A stretch of 64,000 bases of DNA from contig OY762069.1 of the NCBI GenBank assembly GCA_963665095.1, positions 3,232,001-3,296,000 of the forward strand, read 5' to 3'. The position numbers and the translations under genes are program-made. The stretch's first letter is position 1, and each line of letters begins with the position of its first letter. The notes under the pieces were generated by a model. The model was not told the origin of the DNA. It did no database searches and worked only from the letters and a program-made list of their open reading frames with translations. Positions 39,829 to 50,679 of the stretch are shown here, piece by piece. Origin of the DNA: an uncultured Desulfobacter sp. (GTDB lineage Bacteria > Desulfobacterota > Desulfobacteria > Desulfobacterales > Desulfobacteraceae).

Positions 39829-40713
39829 CTTTTCTCCTTGGCCTCCTTGGCATGGTTAGACGTTCTTCATGCTGTTAACGATTTGAATCATCAATTGGCA
39901 GAATACAATTGCCGGCAGCTCCCCCGGCATTGTCTGCAATAGCACTTTTTTTCTAAGCCGTGTTTAACCATAAACAGGAGGTCTTCTTCAGATTCAACGC
40001 AGATAAAAATCCAACATAGAAGCAACGCGAAAACACCATCAATGGATGAGCGCTTAAATAATCGCTGCGTTAAACAGGCTCGTTTCTACACCACCAGCGG
40101 GAGGCAATTAAATTAAGTCAGATATTGGTGATATAATTAAGAATGAATATTAGAGGCTTTAACCGGCATTTTCAACCCGGGATTCGGCCTTGGCACCCAT
40201 CCAAGCTCCCGCGACCTGTCCAGTAATAAATTTTCCGATAAAAAAACAACAATTGTCCTGACCGGGTATCAAGGAGATATAAGGCGCTTTTTTAAGTTGC
40301 CCTCAGATCTTCAATTGTTTCAAAAATTCAAAGATAGGAAATTACGGATAGCAAAAATAGTTTGCTATCCTGAACCTTTCCCAGACCTCATAAAGCATAA
40401 AAGCCAAGCCCGAATGATACGATGAAAGGCCTGGCCCTGCGTGCGATTTCCGCACAAGGCTCAAATATTCCCGCAATAACATACCAAAGGACAACTCGTC
40501 ATAACGCCTGATTAACGGGTACTCAGGATCATATCCACCCCGAAAGCAGTTGAATGGCACCAGACTTGCAATACATGCGGTACCAGGCTTGCAACAGATA
40601 TAGTTCCCTGGAAAGGGTCTGCGGGAAAGGATTCGAGGAAAAAAGCTCCCAGACAGGTTAGCAGTTATTTGCAAGTATCAAACAACAGTGATAGATTGGC
40701 CGGGAAATCTGCC

Positions 40714-42975
40714 ATGACTGGCTTTAAAAAGGGAAATCCGGTGTTTTTCAACAGTATAAGAACCAAACTTATCTGCATTCTGATCGTTCTTGGCGGACTT
40801 CCCCTTATGGTTGTAGGCGCAGTATCCTACCACAGCGCAGCCAATGCCCTGATGGTCCAAACCCGGGAGCAGCTGGACAGTGTTGCGGCAAAAACCGTGG
40901 AGCAGATCGACCATTTCTTTGACGTGCTTGAAAAGGACATCAGCCTTTTATCCCACTCCCCATTTGTCCAGCTGGCCTTTCTGCAGTTTGAGTTCAACCA
41001 GAAGCTGGACACGGCCCGGCGCCTCCTGGACGACTATTCCCGGAACAACACCTATTTCAGCAATATCCATCTGGTGGATATGTCCGGGCACTGCATTGTT
41101 TCCATTGCACAATCTCCAACTGAACCAGCCCCCGATTTTTCAAACCAACACTGGTTTGTTAAAACGCTTGAACAAGGCATATTTTTATCGGATGCCAATT
41201 TTTTCCGGAAAGACACCCCTACCTGTGTGATTTTGGGGAAAACCGTCTATGATTTTGAGGTTCCCGGCAGAAAAATCGGTGTGCTGGCCTTTGAAATTAA
41301 TCAGGAGGCGTTTACCCATTATGTTGCCAGCCTTCGCATCGGGAAAAAAGGCCGGGCGTTTCTCATTCATAACAAGGGGTTGCTCATTTATCATCCTGAT
41401 CACCCATCCGGCTCCATTCTTGAAATTGATCTGGTTATCAAGGGGGACCAGCGGTTTAAAGACCACCTTTGCCAAATGATGGACGGCCAGACCGGAAGCG
41501 GAGATTATGCCTACGAGGATATGGAAAAATTTTTTGTATACCGCCCCTGCGGAAAGATGAACTGGAGCATTGGGCTCACGGTGTTCAAATCCGAACTCAT
41601 GGCAGATATCCACAGGCTCAGGAATCAGGTTTTAACCTTTACCGGTATTGTTTTCGGGCTGTTCCTGCCCGTCTCTTTCCTTTTCGTTAACGGACTTACC
41701 CGACGCATTCACAAACTGGTGAAAGGTGCCAGCCAGATCCGCAAGGGCGACCTGGATCAGAAAATCACCATACGGACAAAGGATGAATTCTATGTCCTGG
41801 CTGAAGAATTCAACCGCATGGCCCAGACCCTTAAAAAAAATATGGAAGAGATCCTGGACCTGAAAAATTTTAAAGAGGATATCTTCCGAAATCTCTCCTC
41901 GGGCATTATTACCCTGGACGGTACCGGAAAAATCTCATCCATCAACAAAAGTGCCAGATCCATGCTGGCAATCTCTCACGATGATCCGGAACAGGATACA
42001 GGACTGGTCCGGCAGATTTCTAATCTTATTAAATCCTCCATGGTATCAGGCAAGGATGTTGTGGGCCAGGAGTTTGAGCGGGTCACCCCCCAGGGCGACA
42101 TGATCCATGTGGAGGTCAACATCTCCAAGCTGACCAATATCTCGGGCGGGCTCATTGGCGCCATTGCAGACATCCGGGACATTACCCGGCGAAAACGCAT
42201 GGAAGAGCAGATGGTCCGGGTGGACAAGCTGGCCTCTTTAGGACAATTGTCCGCAGGCATGGCCCATGAAATACGAAATCCCCTGGCCGGTATGAAAACC
42301 AGTGTCCAGGTCCTGGCCGAAAAGGCCGGATCCGAGGATGAAAAATTTCTCATCCAGGGCGTTCTTTCCGAAATTGACCGGCTCAACAAAATTGTTTCCG
42401 ATCTTCTCTCCTTTTCACGGCCTTCCCAGCCCCACCCCGACGCCATAGATGTGCCGGCGGTCCTGAAGAAAGTCATTGAAATGGTTAAAGAGAAAACCGG
42501 TAAATATCATATTAAAGTCAAATGCCAGTGGCAGGATCACCTGCCCAGGATCCTGGCAGACAAGGAACAGCTCTACCAGATTTTTCTCAATCTTATTCTC
42601 AACGCTATCACCGCCATGGGCAGGGAAGGCTGTCTTACACTGTCCGCAGATATTTTCAATGATAAAGAAGGCCTGTCTAATACAGTCAGTGCAGTGATCA
42701 CTCCCGAAGAGATCCCGGAAGACAAAAAAGATTTTCTGGCAGTGCGGGTCAACGACACCGGCCAGGGGATTTCCAAGGAGAACTTAAGCCGGATTTTCAA
42801 CCCGTTTTTCTCCACCTCCCCCAAGGGCACCGGCCTTGGGTTGCCCATTGTCCACAAACTTCTGGAAAAAAACCAGGGGTATATTTTCATAGACAGTGTG
42901 GTGGGTAAGGGAACCCAGGTACTTCTGCTGCTTCCCATTGCCCCGGACACAAACAACCAACAGATTCAAGGGTGA
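40714..42975 (+). CDS. Sensor histidine kinase (Cache-HAMP-PAS-HisKA-HATPase)
   Basis: Two TM helices, AGMAHEIRNPL, QIFLNLILNA, DTGQGI, GTGLGL. Start uncertain (track start 40669). Confidence 0.93.
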   Translation: MTGFKKGNPVFFNSIRTKLICILIVLGGLPLMVVGAVSYHSAANALMVQTREQLDSVAAKTVEQIDHFFDVLEKDISLLSHSPFVQLAFLQFEFNQKLDTARRLLDDYSRNNTYFSNIHLVDMSGHCIVSIAQSPTEPAPDFSNQHWFVKTLEQGIFLSDANFFRKDTPTCVILGKTVYDFEVPGRKIGVLAFEINQEAFTHYVASLRIGKKGRAFLIHNKGLLIYHPDHPSGSILEIDLVIKGDQRFKDHLCQMMDGQTGSGDYAYEDMEKFFVYRPCGKMNWSIGLTVFKSELMADIHRLRNQVLTFTGIVFGLFLPVSFLFVNGLTRRIHKLVKGASQIRKGDLDQKITIRTKDEFYVLAEEFNRMAQTLKKNMEEILDLKNFKEDIFRNLSSGIITLDGTGKISSINKSARSMLAISHDDPEQDTGLVRQISNLIKSSMVSGKDVVGQEFERVTPQGDMIHVEVNISKLTNISGGLIGAIADIRDITRRKRMEEQMVRVDKLASLGQLSAGMAHEIRNPLAGMKTSVQVLAEKAGSEDEKFLIQGVLSEIDRLNKIVSDLLSFSRPSQPHPDAIDVPAVLKKVIEMVKEKTGKYHIKVKCQWQDHLPRILADKEQLYQIFLNLILNAITAMGREGCLTLSADIFNDKEGLSNTVSAVITPEEIPEDKKDFLAVRVNDTGQGISKENLSRIFNPFFSTSPKGTGLGLPIVHKLLEKNQGYIFIDSVVGKGTQVLLLLPIAPDTNNQQIQG

Positions 42976-44411
42976 AGATGAATAAAGCCAGAATACTGAT
43001 TGTTGATGATGAACTGGTTTTGAGCCGCTCCCTGGCCATGGCCATGGAGTCAAAAGGATATGAGGCGGCCTGTGCCGATTCAGGGGAAAAGGCCTTAGGC
43101 CTGCTGAAAAACTTTCTGCCTGAGCTGGTGCTGCTGGACATCCGGCTTCCCGGGATGAACGGGATTGAAGTGATGACAAAAATCCTTGAGTGGAATGCCG
43201 ACATTCCCATCATTGTCATGACTGCCTACGGAGACACCCAGACCACGGTGGAGGCGGTGAAAAAAGGGGCCGCCAATTTTGTGGACAAGCCCTTTGAACT
43301 GGACGATATCCGGAATATGGTTGAAAAAGCCCTGGATGACCGGCACTTCAGGAAGGACTACGAATACCTGAAATACCAGCAGAGAAAATTTTACCGGTTC
43401 TGTGATCTTGTGGGCGAAAGCCCTGCCATGAAGGAAATTTATCGTAAAATTGACATGCTGGCCGCCACCGAAGACACCACGGTTTTAATCTGCGGACAGA
43501 GCGGCACAGGCAAAGAGCTCGTCGCATCGGCCATTCATTATAAAAGCCAGCGCAATAAAGCCCCGTTCATTGAAATCAACTGTGCCTCCCTTCCGGAAAA
43601 CATCATTGAAAGTGAGCTCTTCGGCCATGAAAAAGGATCGTTCACCGATGCCAAAACCGCCAAAAAAGGGTTGTTTGAATTAGGGGACAAGGGCACGGTG
43701 TTTTTAGACGAAATCGGAGACATGCCCCTGCCGGCCCAGGCCAAACTGCTCCGGGTGCTTGAAAAAAAACAGTTCCGGCGCATCGGGTCGTGCAAGGACA
43801 TCAAGGTGGATGTCAGGGTGCTTGCGGCCACCAACAAGAACTTGGGCGTGGCCATCAAAGAGGGCACTTTTCGCCAGGACCTTTACTACCGGCTCAATGT
43901 CATCACCCTGACCCTGCCCCCGTTGAATCAGAGAAAAGAGGATATCCTGATTCTGGCCGACTATTTTCTGGACAAATTCTGCCAGGAGATGAAGCAGAAG
44001 CCCAAAAAGCTGTCCAGTGCAGTGAAAACAGCGCTCACCGGATATCCCTGGCAGGGAAACGTCCGGGAATTACGAAACCTTATGGAGAGAGCCATCATCT
44101 TTACCAGGGGGGATGAGATCAAACTGGAGGTGATGCCCGGAGAGTTTTTACAGGGCCCCCGCGATACCAATCCCCCCAAAGAGGAGGCAAAAGGAGCTGA
44201 ATCGCACGGTACCGGAGAGGACGGCACAACGGAAAACAGCATCCTTGCCCCGGGAGAAGACCTGAAATCAGTTCTGGACCGGTTTGAAACCCGATTGATT
44301 CTTTCGGCCCTTGATACGGCCAACGGCAATAAGACGGAAGCAGGACGGATCCTGGGCATCAGCCGGTTTGCCCTGAACCGCCGCCTGGACCGGCTGGGGC
44401 TTCAGGGATAA
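42972..44411 (+). CDS. Sigma-54-dependent response regulator (NtrC/AtoC type)
   Basis: Receiver domain (LIVDDE, LLDIRLP), GQSGTGKE, ELFGHEKGSFTDA, FLDEIG, C-terminal Fis-type HTH. Confidence 0.95.
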   Translation: MKMNKARILIVDDELVLSRSLAMAMESKGYEAACADSGEKALGLLKNFLPELVLLDIRLPGMNGIEVMTKILEWNADIPIIVMTAYGDTQTTVEAVKKGAANFVDKPFELDDIRNMVEKALDDRHFRKDYEYLKYQQRKFYRFCDLVGESPAMKEIYRKIDMLAATEDTTVLICGQSGTGKELVASAIHYKSQRNKAPFIEINCASLPENIIESELFGHEKGSFTDAKTAKKGLFELGDKGTVFLDEIGDMPLPAQAKLLRVLEKKQFRRIGSCKDIKVDVRVLAATNKNLGVAIKEGTFRQDLYYRLNVITLTLPPLNQRKEDILILADYFLDKFCQEMKQKPKKLSSAVKTALTGYPWQGNVRELRNLMERAIIFTRGDEIKLEVMPGEFLQGPRDTNPPKEEAKGAESHGTGEDGTTENSILAPGEDLKSVLDRFETRLILSALDTANGNKTEAGRILGISRFALNRRLDRLGLQG

Positions 44412-44477
44412 AACTTCCGGCCGGAAAACTTAAGGGCAGAAAACTTAAGGACAGGGAATTCAGGAAAGAAAAGTATC

Positions 44478-44608
44478 ACCCGGATATTTCATGGCATGTG
44501 AACACTGCCATGGCACATTTCAATTATTCTTCCAACCCCAACGTATTGAGAAGACATCAAGGGTTTCCCCTTCAGACAGACGTACGAAGGCTCATGAAAT
44601 ATCCGGGT
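44478..44608. mobile_element. 131-bp MITE-like or IS remnant bounded by 16-bp perfect inverted repeats
   Basis: acccggatatttcatg (44478-44493) and catgaaatatccgggt (44593-44608). No clear target-site duplication. Confidence 0.55.
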
Positions 44609-44691
44609 TTACTCAGCGTTTGGATGGAACGTCTTTTACCTGCGGGAAAGAAGTTTCATACAGGAGACCTCCCGGTCAAACACCTTTTTGC

Positions 44692-45465
44692 TCAGGCACC
44701 TAAAATCAATCTTTGGGGATCGCACTTCTCCCGCAAAATCATCAGTTCCTGTTCCGTTGGCGGATCAAGTTCCGAGGCCCTTGAGACATCCACCTCAAAT
44801 TCCATGTTGTCCAGAATCATTTGAGGGGTCATCCCCGGATAGTACTTATCCAGAAACATCTTTCCTGAGTCCGGCTCAAATCCCATGAGCGCCATATTGG
44901 TAATGACAGCGGTGGGGCCGCCGCCCGGAAGGTCTGCTTCCTTTCTGGATTCAGGGCCTGACAGCCATCCCGGACTTGTCAGATAGTCCAGTTTTTCAAC
45001 AAATTTACGTTTTTCATGCTGCATGAAAATAAGGCTTTTATCCACAAATGACGCCACATCACACGCCCCGCCGCTGCCGGAAAACCGCACCTTGGGATTA
45101 TGGTAGTCTCCGATCACCGTGGAGTTTAAATTGCCGTAGATATCAATCTGGGCCGCCCCCATGATCCCCACCACCCGGCAGCCGGTTTTCCGGTTCTGCA
45201 TCACGGCAAAGGCATCGGCCAAGGACCCGTTCATGGAGGTGTGGTACATGACCCTGGGATCTGCCACAGCCAGGGGGACCTCTTCAAGACAGGAATCTAT
45301 GGCCCCGGTTTCAAAAAATATCACCGCTCCGGGCGCACTGATATGCTTGGCAGCCATGGCCGCCACCATGGAGATGCCGGTGCCGCAGAACAGGATCTCC
45401 CCGTCTTTAATCTGCCGGGCCGCCACAATGGTCATCAGTTCCCTTAATGTATATTCCATGATCAT
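44692..45465 (-). CDS. gctB: CoA-transferase subunit B (glutaconate CoA-transferase-like)
   Basis: FCGTGI, FFETGAID (catalytic Glu), GAAQIDIYGNLNST, GSGGACD, DYLTSPG. Confidence 0.85.
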   Translation of the reverse strand: MIMEYTLRELMTIVAARQIKDGEILFCGTGISMVAAMAAKHISAPGAVIFFETGAIDSCLEEVPLAVADPRVMYHTSMNGSLADAFAVMQNRKTGCRVVGIMGAAQIDIYGNLNSTVIGDYHNPKVRFSGSGGACDVASFVDKSLIFMQHEKRKFVEKLDYLTSPGWLSGPESRKEADLPGGGPTAVITNMALMGFEPDSGKMFLDKYYPGMTPQMILDNMEFEVDVSRASELDPPTEQELMILREKCDPQRLILGA

Positions 45466-45474
45466 TCCTTTCTG

Positions 45475-46446
45475 TCAGGTCCGCTTAAGATTTCTGGCAT
45501 ATCCGGTTTCAGGATCGGCCTGGATCATCTCCAGGCGGGACGCGCCAACTTTTTCCATGAGCGCTGCGTGGTCAGCCGTACCCATTATAAACTCCTCTAT
45601 ATATTGGGCATGTGTTGCGTCGTCCGTGGCCTTTTCCTTGTACTGGTTCAGATAGACAGGATCATAATCATAATACCTGTAGCAGGCCGTGGGGTAAGCG
45701 CCATAGGGAACATGGGCCACGGCATCCACATAGAAATGAGGGATCTGATTCAGATCAGACTGCTGTTTCATCTCATCGGGTGACACCAGTTCCTCACAGG
45801 TGACGATCAGGGCCTTGGCCGCCTTGGCCTGCTCCACATCGGCAAAGGTCAGCCCGTTGATCTGGCAGGTACCCTGGGTATCGGCCTTCTGGACATGAAT
45901 GAGGGTCACATCCGGATTAATGGCCGGCACCAGCACCAGCTTTTGGGTTCCGGCCCATCCGGGAAAGGGATTATTCATCAGCATCAGTTTCTCATCCGGC
46001 AGCTTGGGGTCATCTGCACGCATCTCCTTTGAAAATCCCCACTTCTCGATCACCTGGGTGCCCATGCCGGATCTCACCGGCATAAAGGGCAGTCCCATGG
46101 CCCCGGCCTGGAACCGCATGGTCATGTGATAGTTGGAATAATCCTCCACCAGCAGCTGTTTATCCCGGACCAGCTTTTTAAACCGGATGCAGGTGGGGGC
46201 AAACCGTCCATTGCCCCCATAGGCGATTTCAAGCTTGCTCAAAAGACCTGCCCCGGCCAGTTCATCCATGCCCTGGCCGTTGGAATGGGCATACATATGC
46301 AGGTCTTTTTTCCCCTGGCGGATAATCTCGTATACTGCTGCCATGGGATTGCGGTTCACCGTGAACCCGCCAATGGATATATGGCAGCCGTTGTGCACAA
46401 ACCTGTCAACGGCAGTGGACAGGTCCATTACTTTCTCGTTTGTCAT
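45475..46446 (-). CDS. gctA: CoA-transferase subunit A (glutaconate CoA-transferase-like)
   Basis: IGGFTVNRNPMAAVYEIIRQ, AGAMGLPFMP, PDVTLIHVQKAD, PYGAYPT. Confidence 0.87.
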   Translation of the reverse strand: MTNEKVMDLSTAVDRFVHNGCHISIGGFTVNRNPMAAVYEIIRQGKKDLHMYAHSNGQGMDELAGAGLLSKLEIAYGGNGRFAPTCIRFKKLVRDKQLLVEDYSNYHMTMRFQAGAMGLPFMPVRSGMGTQVIEKWGFSKEMRADDPKLPDEKLMLMNNPFPGWAGTQKLVLVPAINPDVTLIHVQKADTQGTCQINGLTFADVEQAKAAKALIVTCEELVSPDEMKQQSDLNQIPHFYVDAVAHVPYGAYPTACYRYYDYDPVYLNQYKEKATDDATHAQYIEEFIMGTADHAALMEKVGASRLEMIQADPETGYARNLKRT

Positions 46447-46465
46447 ATTCTATACTCTCCTGTCC

Positions 46466-47779
46466 CTAAACCATCATGCTGGGCAGCCATGTTACCAGCC
46501 CCGGAAAAATCATAATCAATGCAATGGTCAAAACATCTAAGGCGATAAATGGGATGGCCGCCCGGAACAGTGCTCCGAGCTTCATCTCATCGGGCATCAG
46601 CCCTTTGACAATATACAGGTTCAACCCCATGGGCGGCGAAATATTTCCTGCGCACATATTAACAGCCATAAGAATGCCGAACCATAAAATATTGATCTCA
46701 AGGGCATTTAAAATAGGCAAAATAATGGGCGTTGTCATCATAACAATGGCAGCCGGGTCCAGGAACATTCCCATGACCAGAAAACCAAACATCAAAATAA
46801 TCACCACCGCATAGTTGGGAAGCGGCAAAGAGACAACCCAGTCCGTCAGTTCCGCCGCACACCCCGAATAGATGATCACATAGCCGAAGGAGGTGGCGCC
46901 AATGATGATCCAACCGATCATGGCCGTGGTCCTTACCGTATGCAAAAGCGCCTTGCGGGTGGTTTTAAGATCCAGGCTGCGTTTGATCAGTGCAATGGCA
47001 AACACAGCCATGCAGGCAATGGCACTGGCCTCGGTGGGGGTGGCCACCCCTGTATAAATGGTAAACAGCAGGATCAGAATCACCAGCAGCAGCGACCAGA
47101 CCTTCCATAGGGAGCGAAATTTCTCTTTCCAGGTAAACCGGGTGTCATCCCTGGGCGCCACTTCCGGATCCAGCTTCACCCGGATGAAGATATAGGCCAG
47201 GGCAAGGCCGGTCATCAGGATGCCAGGGATGATGCCACCGGCAAACAAGGCGCCGATGGACTCATTGGCCAGGGTGCCGTAAAGAATCAAAATGACACTG
47301 GGCGGGATCAGAATGGAAAGCGCCCCGGAAAAGGCCACAATGGCCCCGGACATACCGGCCTGGTACTGGCGTTTGATCATCTCGGGCAATGAGAGCAGCC
47401 CCACGGTGGCGGTGCCGGCGGTACTGGCCCCGCACACGGCCCCGAAAATGGCCCCGAACACAGCCGATGTCATGCCAAGGCCACCGGGAAGCCGTCGTAA
47501 AAACCGGTCTGCCACCTCATAGGAATCGGTTCCCATGCGGCTGTGCATGACCAGCTGGGCCATGAGAATAAACAGGGGCACACACACAAGGGTATAGTTG
47601 CCCATGTGCCCGTATCCTGCCAGGGCCACCCCGTAAAGCCCGGTGGTGCCGGGCCAGAAGACCAGGGCCGCCAGCACGCTCAAGAACCCCAGGGAAAAGG
47701 CAACGGGAAGCCCCAGGAAGAGAAACAGTGTCAAAGATCCCACAAGAATCAGAAGTACAATATACCATTCCATGATCAT
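46466..47779 (-). CDS. dctM: TRAP transporter large permease
   Basis: GLPVAFSL, LIPPS, GVATPTEAS, ISPPMGLNL. Confidence 0.92.
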   Translation of the reverse strand: MIMEWYIVLLILVGSLTLFLFLGLPVAFSLGFLSVLAALVFWPGTTGLYGVALAGYGHMGNYTLVCVPLFILMAQLVMHSRMGTDSYEVADRFLRRLPGGLGMTSAVFGAIFGAVCGASTAGTATVGLLSLPEMIKRQYQAGMSGAIVAFSGALSILIPPSVILILYGTLANESIGALFAGGIIPGILMTGLALAYIFIRVKLDPEVAPRDDTRFTWKEKFRSLWKVWSLLLVILILLFTIYTGVATPTEASAIACMAVFAIALIKRSLDLKTTRKALLHTVRTTAMIGWIIIGATSFGYVIIYSGCAAELTDWVVSLPLPNYAVVIILMFGFLVMGMFLDPAAIVMMTTPIILPILNALEINILWFGILMAVNMCAGNISPPMGLNLYIVKGLMPDEMKLGALFRAAIPFIALDVLTIALIMIFPGLVTWLPSMMV

Positions 47780-47790
47780 TTTCCTTTCGT

Positions 47791-48330
47791 TTACCCGTTA
47801 TCCGCCTGCATGCCGGGTTTCCAGCCGTTTAAAGCGGCGGTGTTTTTTATAATTTTAATCAGATATTCCAGTAACAGCAGGAGACCGCCGATCACCAGAA
47901 ACGCCCGGATGGGCCACAGCGGCCAGGCCAGATATTCGGTACTTTTGACATTATGTTCAATGGCATCCCAGGTAAAGACAATGGACTCCACCAGGAAGAT
48001 CAGCACATAGATGGATGCCATGACTGAAGTCACAAGATCCAGGATCATCCGTCTTTTCCCTTCCATCTGCTCCACGGCAATATCCACACTGACATGCCCC
48101 CCTGCGGGAAGGGTCCAGGCTCCGCCGATAAACACCACCATGATGAGCATGTACCGGTTGACTTCAAAACTCCAGGTGGTGGGCGCATTGAAAATATACC
48201 GCATGGCCACGTCATAGCTGATGGTCAGCATCATGAGCACCACGACCCATCCGGCAAATTCAGCCAGCTTTTCGTCTATGGCGGATATTTTATCCAGAAA
48301 TTTCATCAGGACACTATTTTCCATGATCAT
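47791..48330 (-). CDS. dctQ: TRAP transporter small permease
   Basis: DVAMRYIFNAPTTWSFE, GHVSVD, 4 TM segments. Confidence 0.92.
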   Translation of the reverse strand: MIMENSVLMKFLDKISAIDEKLAEFAGWVVVLMMLTISYDVAMRYIFNAPTTWSFEVNRYMLIMVVFIGGAWTLPAGGHVSVDIAVEQMEGKRRMILDLVTSVMASIYVLIFLVESIVFTWDAIEHNVKSTEYLAWPLWPIRAFLVIGGLLLLLEYLIKIIKNTAALNGWKPGMQADNG

Positions 48331-48510
48331 TTTCCTTTCACATTGTCAGAAAGTGTTGAAAACAGGCCGGCAGCCCTATCTAATCCGTGGCAGTTGATTA
48401 ATAATTAAAGCTGCCGGCCCATTTATCCTAAGGTAACTGCAATGTTTTTTTAATTGCGCAAACAGGTGCAAAATTGTGCGTCAGGCCCGTCATTTCGGCA
48501 GATGCCGCGA

Positions 48511-49572
48511 CTAATCAACCTTGGCCGCATGCCATTTTTTGCCCTCTTCCCTGGCCAGTTCCACAAGCCGTTTGCAGCCCGGGCTTTCATTGGCGTACCA
48601 CTCCCAGACTTCCTCGAGCATCTCTTTGGATTTTTTGATATTGGCGGCATCCATGGTCACAAATTTAACGTGGCGTTCCTGGCACCATTTTTCGTTCTCC
48701 TCTTCATACTGGGGCCAATAGGTGACGCTGGCCCACCGGCCCCACTGTCTGGCAGCATCAACCAGTTTATCCTGGAGATCTTTGGGAAGGTGGTCAAAGG
48801 CGTCTTTATTGATCCACAGATCATCGGCCCAGGTAAATACCGGCGGTTTTGAAAAGGTCTTGGCCACTTCAAAAAATTTGTAATCCTTAAGCCCGTAAGC
48901 ATAGAAAATCAGCGCATCCACGGTGCCGCGCTGAAGGGCGGGATAGATCTCACCTGTGGCCATGGTGACAGGGCTTGCGCCCCAGGCCTTGGCCACCCGG
49001 GTGCTGACCCCGCCGGCGGCCCGCAGTTTGATATTTTTCAGGGAGTCCACGGTATCGTAAGCCGTGTCCCCGCGGCCGATGATGCCGGAACTGCCGCAGA
49101 TCACATTGGTCAGCAGAACGGCATTGGCCTTTTCAAGATAGCTGTCCCGGATAATTTTATTGAATTCACCATTGGGATCATTCATAAAATCGTAAAAATT
49201 TTCCCGGTTGTTTAAAGAGATGTACGGGAGCCAGTCCACATCGCCCTCGGGCACCATGCCGTGGTAGTAGGCACCACAGGAGGCCAGCATGTCGATGGTG
49301 CCGTTTTTCAGACCGTCCAGGGCCTCGTTTCTCCCGATGAGCTGACTGGCCGGAAAAACCGTAAACTTGATCTGGTTGTCGGTTTTCTCCTTCACGATCC
49401 GGATAAACTCCTGGTAGGCTTTGTACTGCGGGTGCTGGGTGTGCCAGGCCATCTGGAACTTCAGCCGGTAGGATTTGGCCCAAGCCGTCATGGGCACCAG
49501 GGACAGGATAAGGGTCGCTGTCATCATTACCAGACCAAGTCTTGCCATTGTGCTGTTTCTGCTGTCTTTCAT
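48511..49572 (-). CDS. dctP: TRAP transporter substrate-binding protein
   Basis: Signal peptide (AWA), KLRAAG, GEIYPALQRGTVDA. GGAGG RBS before ATG 49572. Confidence 0.92.
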   Translation of the reverse strand: MKDSRNSTMARLGLVMMTATLILSLVPMTAWAKSYRLKFQMAWHTQHPQYKAYQEFIRIVKEKTDNQIKFTVFPASQLIGRNEALDGLKNGTIDMLASCGAYYHGMVPEGDVDWLPYISLNNRENFYDFMNDPNGEFNKIIRDSYLEKANAVLLTNVICGSSGIIGRGDTAYDTVDSLKNIKLRAAGGVSTRVAKAWGASPVTMATGEIYPALQRGTVDALIFYAYGLKDYKFFEVAKTFSKPPVFTWADDLWINKDAFDHLPKDLQDKLVDAARQWGRWASVTYWPQYEEENEKWCQERHVKFVTMDAANIKKSKEMLEEVWEWYANESPGCKRLVELAREEGKKWHAAKVD

Positions 49573-49707
49573 CCTTTTTGCCTCCTCGATAAGATGGGTT
49601 AAACTTGTGAAACAATTCATAGAACAATTAGTTGGAACAACTTATTTGTTAACTGTTTATCAACAATCTGGTTGCCGTCCTTGATCCCTGGCTCTCTTTC
49701 GATACAG

Positions 49708-49724
49708 AGCATCTTTCATGCCGA
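49708..49724 (-). promoter_or_regulatory. Sigma-54 promoter for dctPQM-gctAB
   Basis: TCGGCATGAAAGATGCT fits GG-N10-GC. Confidence 0.7.
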
Positions 49725-49784
49725 AGGCACGTTTTTAAATTAGATCTTGTTTTTCAATGGGTTATTTTTTTGCGGCAAATTCTG

Positions 49785-49825
49785 CGGTCGGTTTTCGCAC
49801 GTTTGAACCGTGCGAAAACCGACCG
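49785..49825. promoter_or_regulatory. Inverted repeat with 17-bp arms, candidate enhancer (UAS)
   Basis: cggtcggttttcgcacg-N7-cgtgcgaaaaccgaccg. Could alternatively be a terminator. Confidence 0.5.
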
Positions 49826-49840
49826 GGCGGGCGGACCTTT

Positions 49841-50660
49841 TTAATTTCCCAGCAGGGTTAAAAAGATACCTGCCGCCACCACCGTGCCGATGACCCCTGC
49901 CACATTGGGACCCATGGCATACATGAGCAGATAGTTCTTTTATCCGCCTCCATGCCCACCTTATGGACCACCCGGGCGGCCATGGGCACGGCAGAGACCC
50001 CTGCGGCTCCCAGCAGGGGATTAATTTTGTTTTTGGAAAACAGATTCATGATCTTGGCCAGGATGATCCCTGTCATGGTACTCACCACAAAGGCGGCCAG
50101 GCCCAGGCAGAAAACAAAGATCACCTGGGGCCGCAGGAAATTGTCCGCATTCATGGTGGCCCCCACGGGCACCCCCAGAAAAATGGTGACAATGTTCATC
50201 AGCTCGTTCTGGGCAGCCTCATGAAGGCGGGCCACCACCCCGGATTCCCGGAACAGGTTGCCCAGCATGAACATGGCGATCAAAGGGGCGGATGCCGGGA
50301 CCAGCAGGACAATGACAAAGGTGGAGACAATGGGGAACAACATCTTTTCAAGCTTTCCCACCTTCCTGCCCTTGGCCATGCGGATCTTTCTTTCTTTGTC
50401 TGATGTTAAAAGCTTCATCACCGGCGGGATAATCTCCCAATGGATTCCGTACTGGTAGAATTTCCACAAAAGCCCCTCTTCCGGTGTCATGAGTCCTGCC
50501 AGGGGCAGGTTGACCAGAATGATGCCGAACCCTATGGGCAAAAGCAGCAACGGCTCATAGGATCTGGCAATGGATAGATAGATCAGGGTCAGCCCGATGA
50601 TCCACATCACCACAATCCCCGGGGTGAGATAAAAAAGGCCTGTGGTCTGGAATAGAAAGG
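49841..50660 (-). pseudogene. gcdB: Na+-translocating decarboxylase beta subunit, internally deleted and frameshifted
   Basis: YEPLLLLPIGFG, then EIIPP joined directly to VMKLLT (the GADGPT core is missing). Frameshift near 49940 before the [11 protein letters not shown] motif. Confidence 0.85.
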
Positions 50661-50679
50661 ATGTTTTCAGACTGGCCGC

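Noticed and set aside
40342..40674. 110-aa minus-strand ORF
   Set aside because: No RBS or recognisable motif. It may be a remnant, but this cannot be supported.
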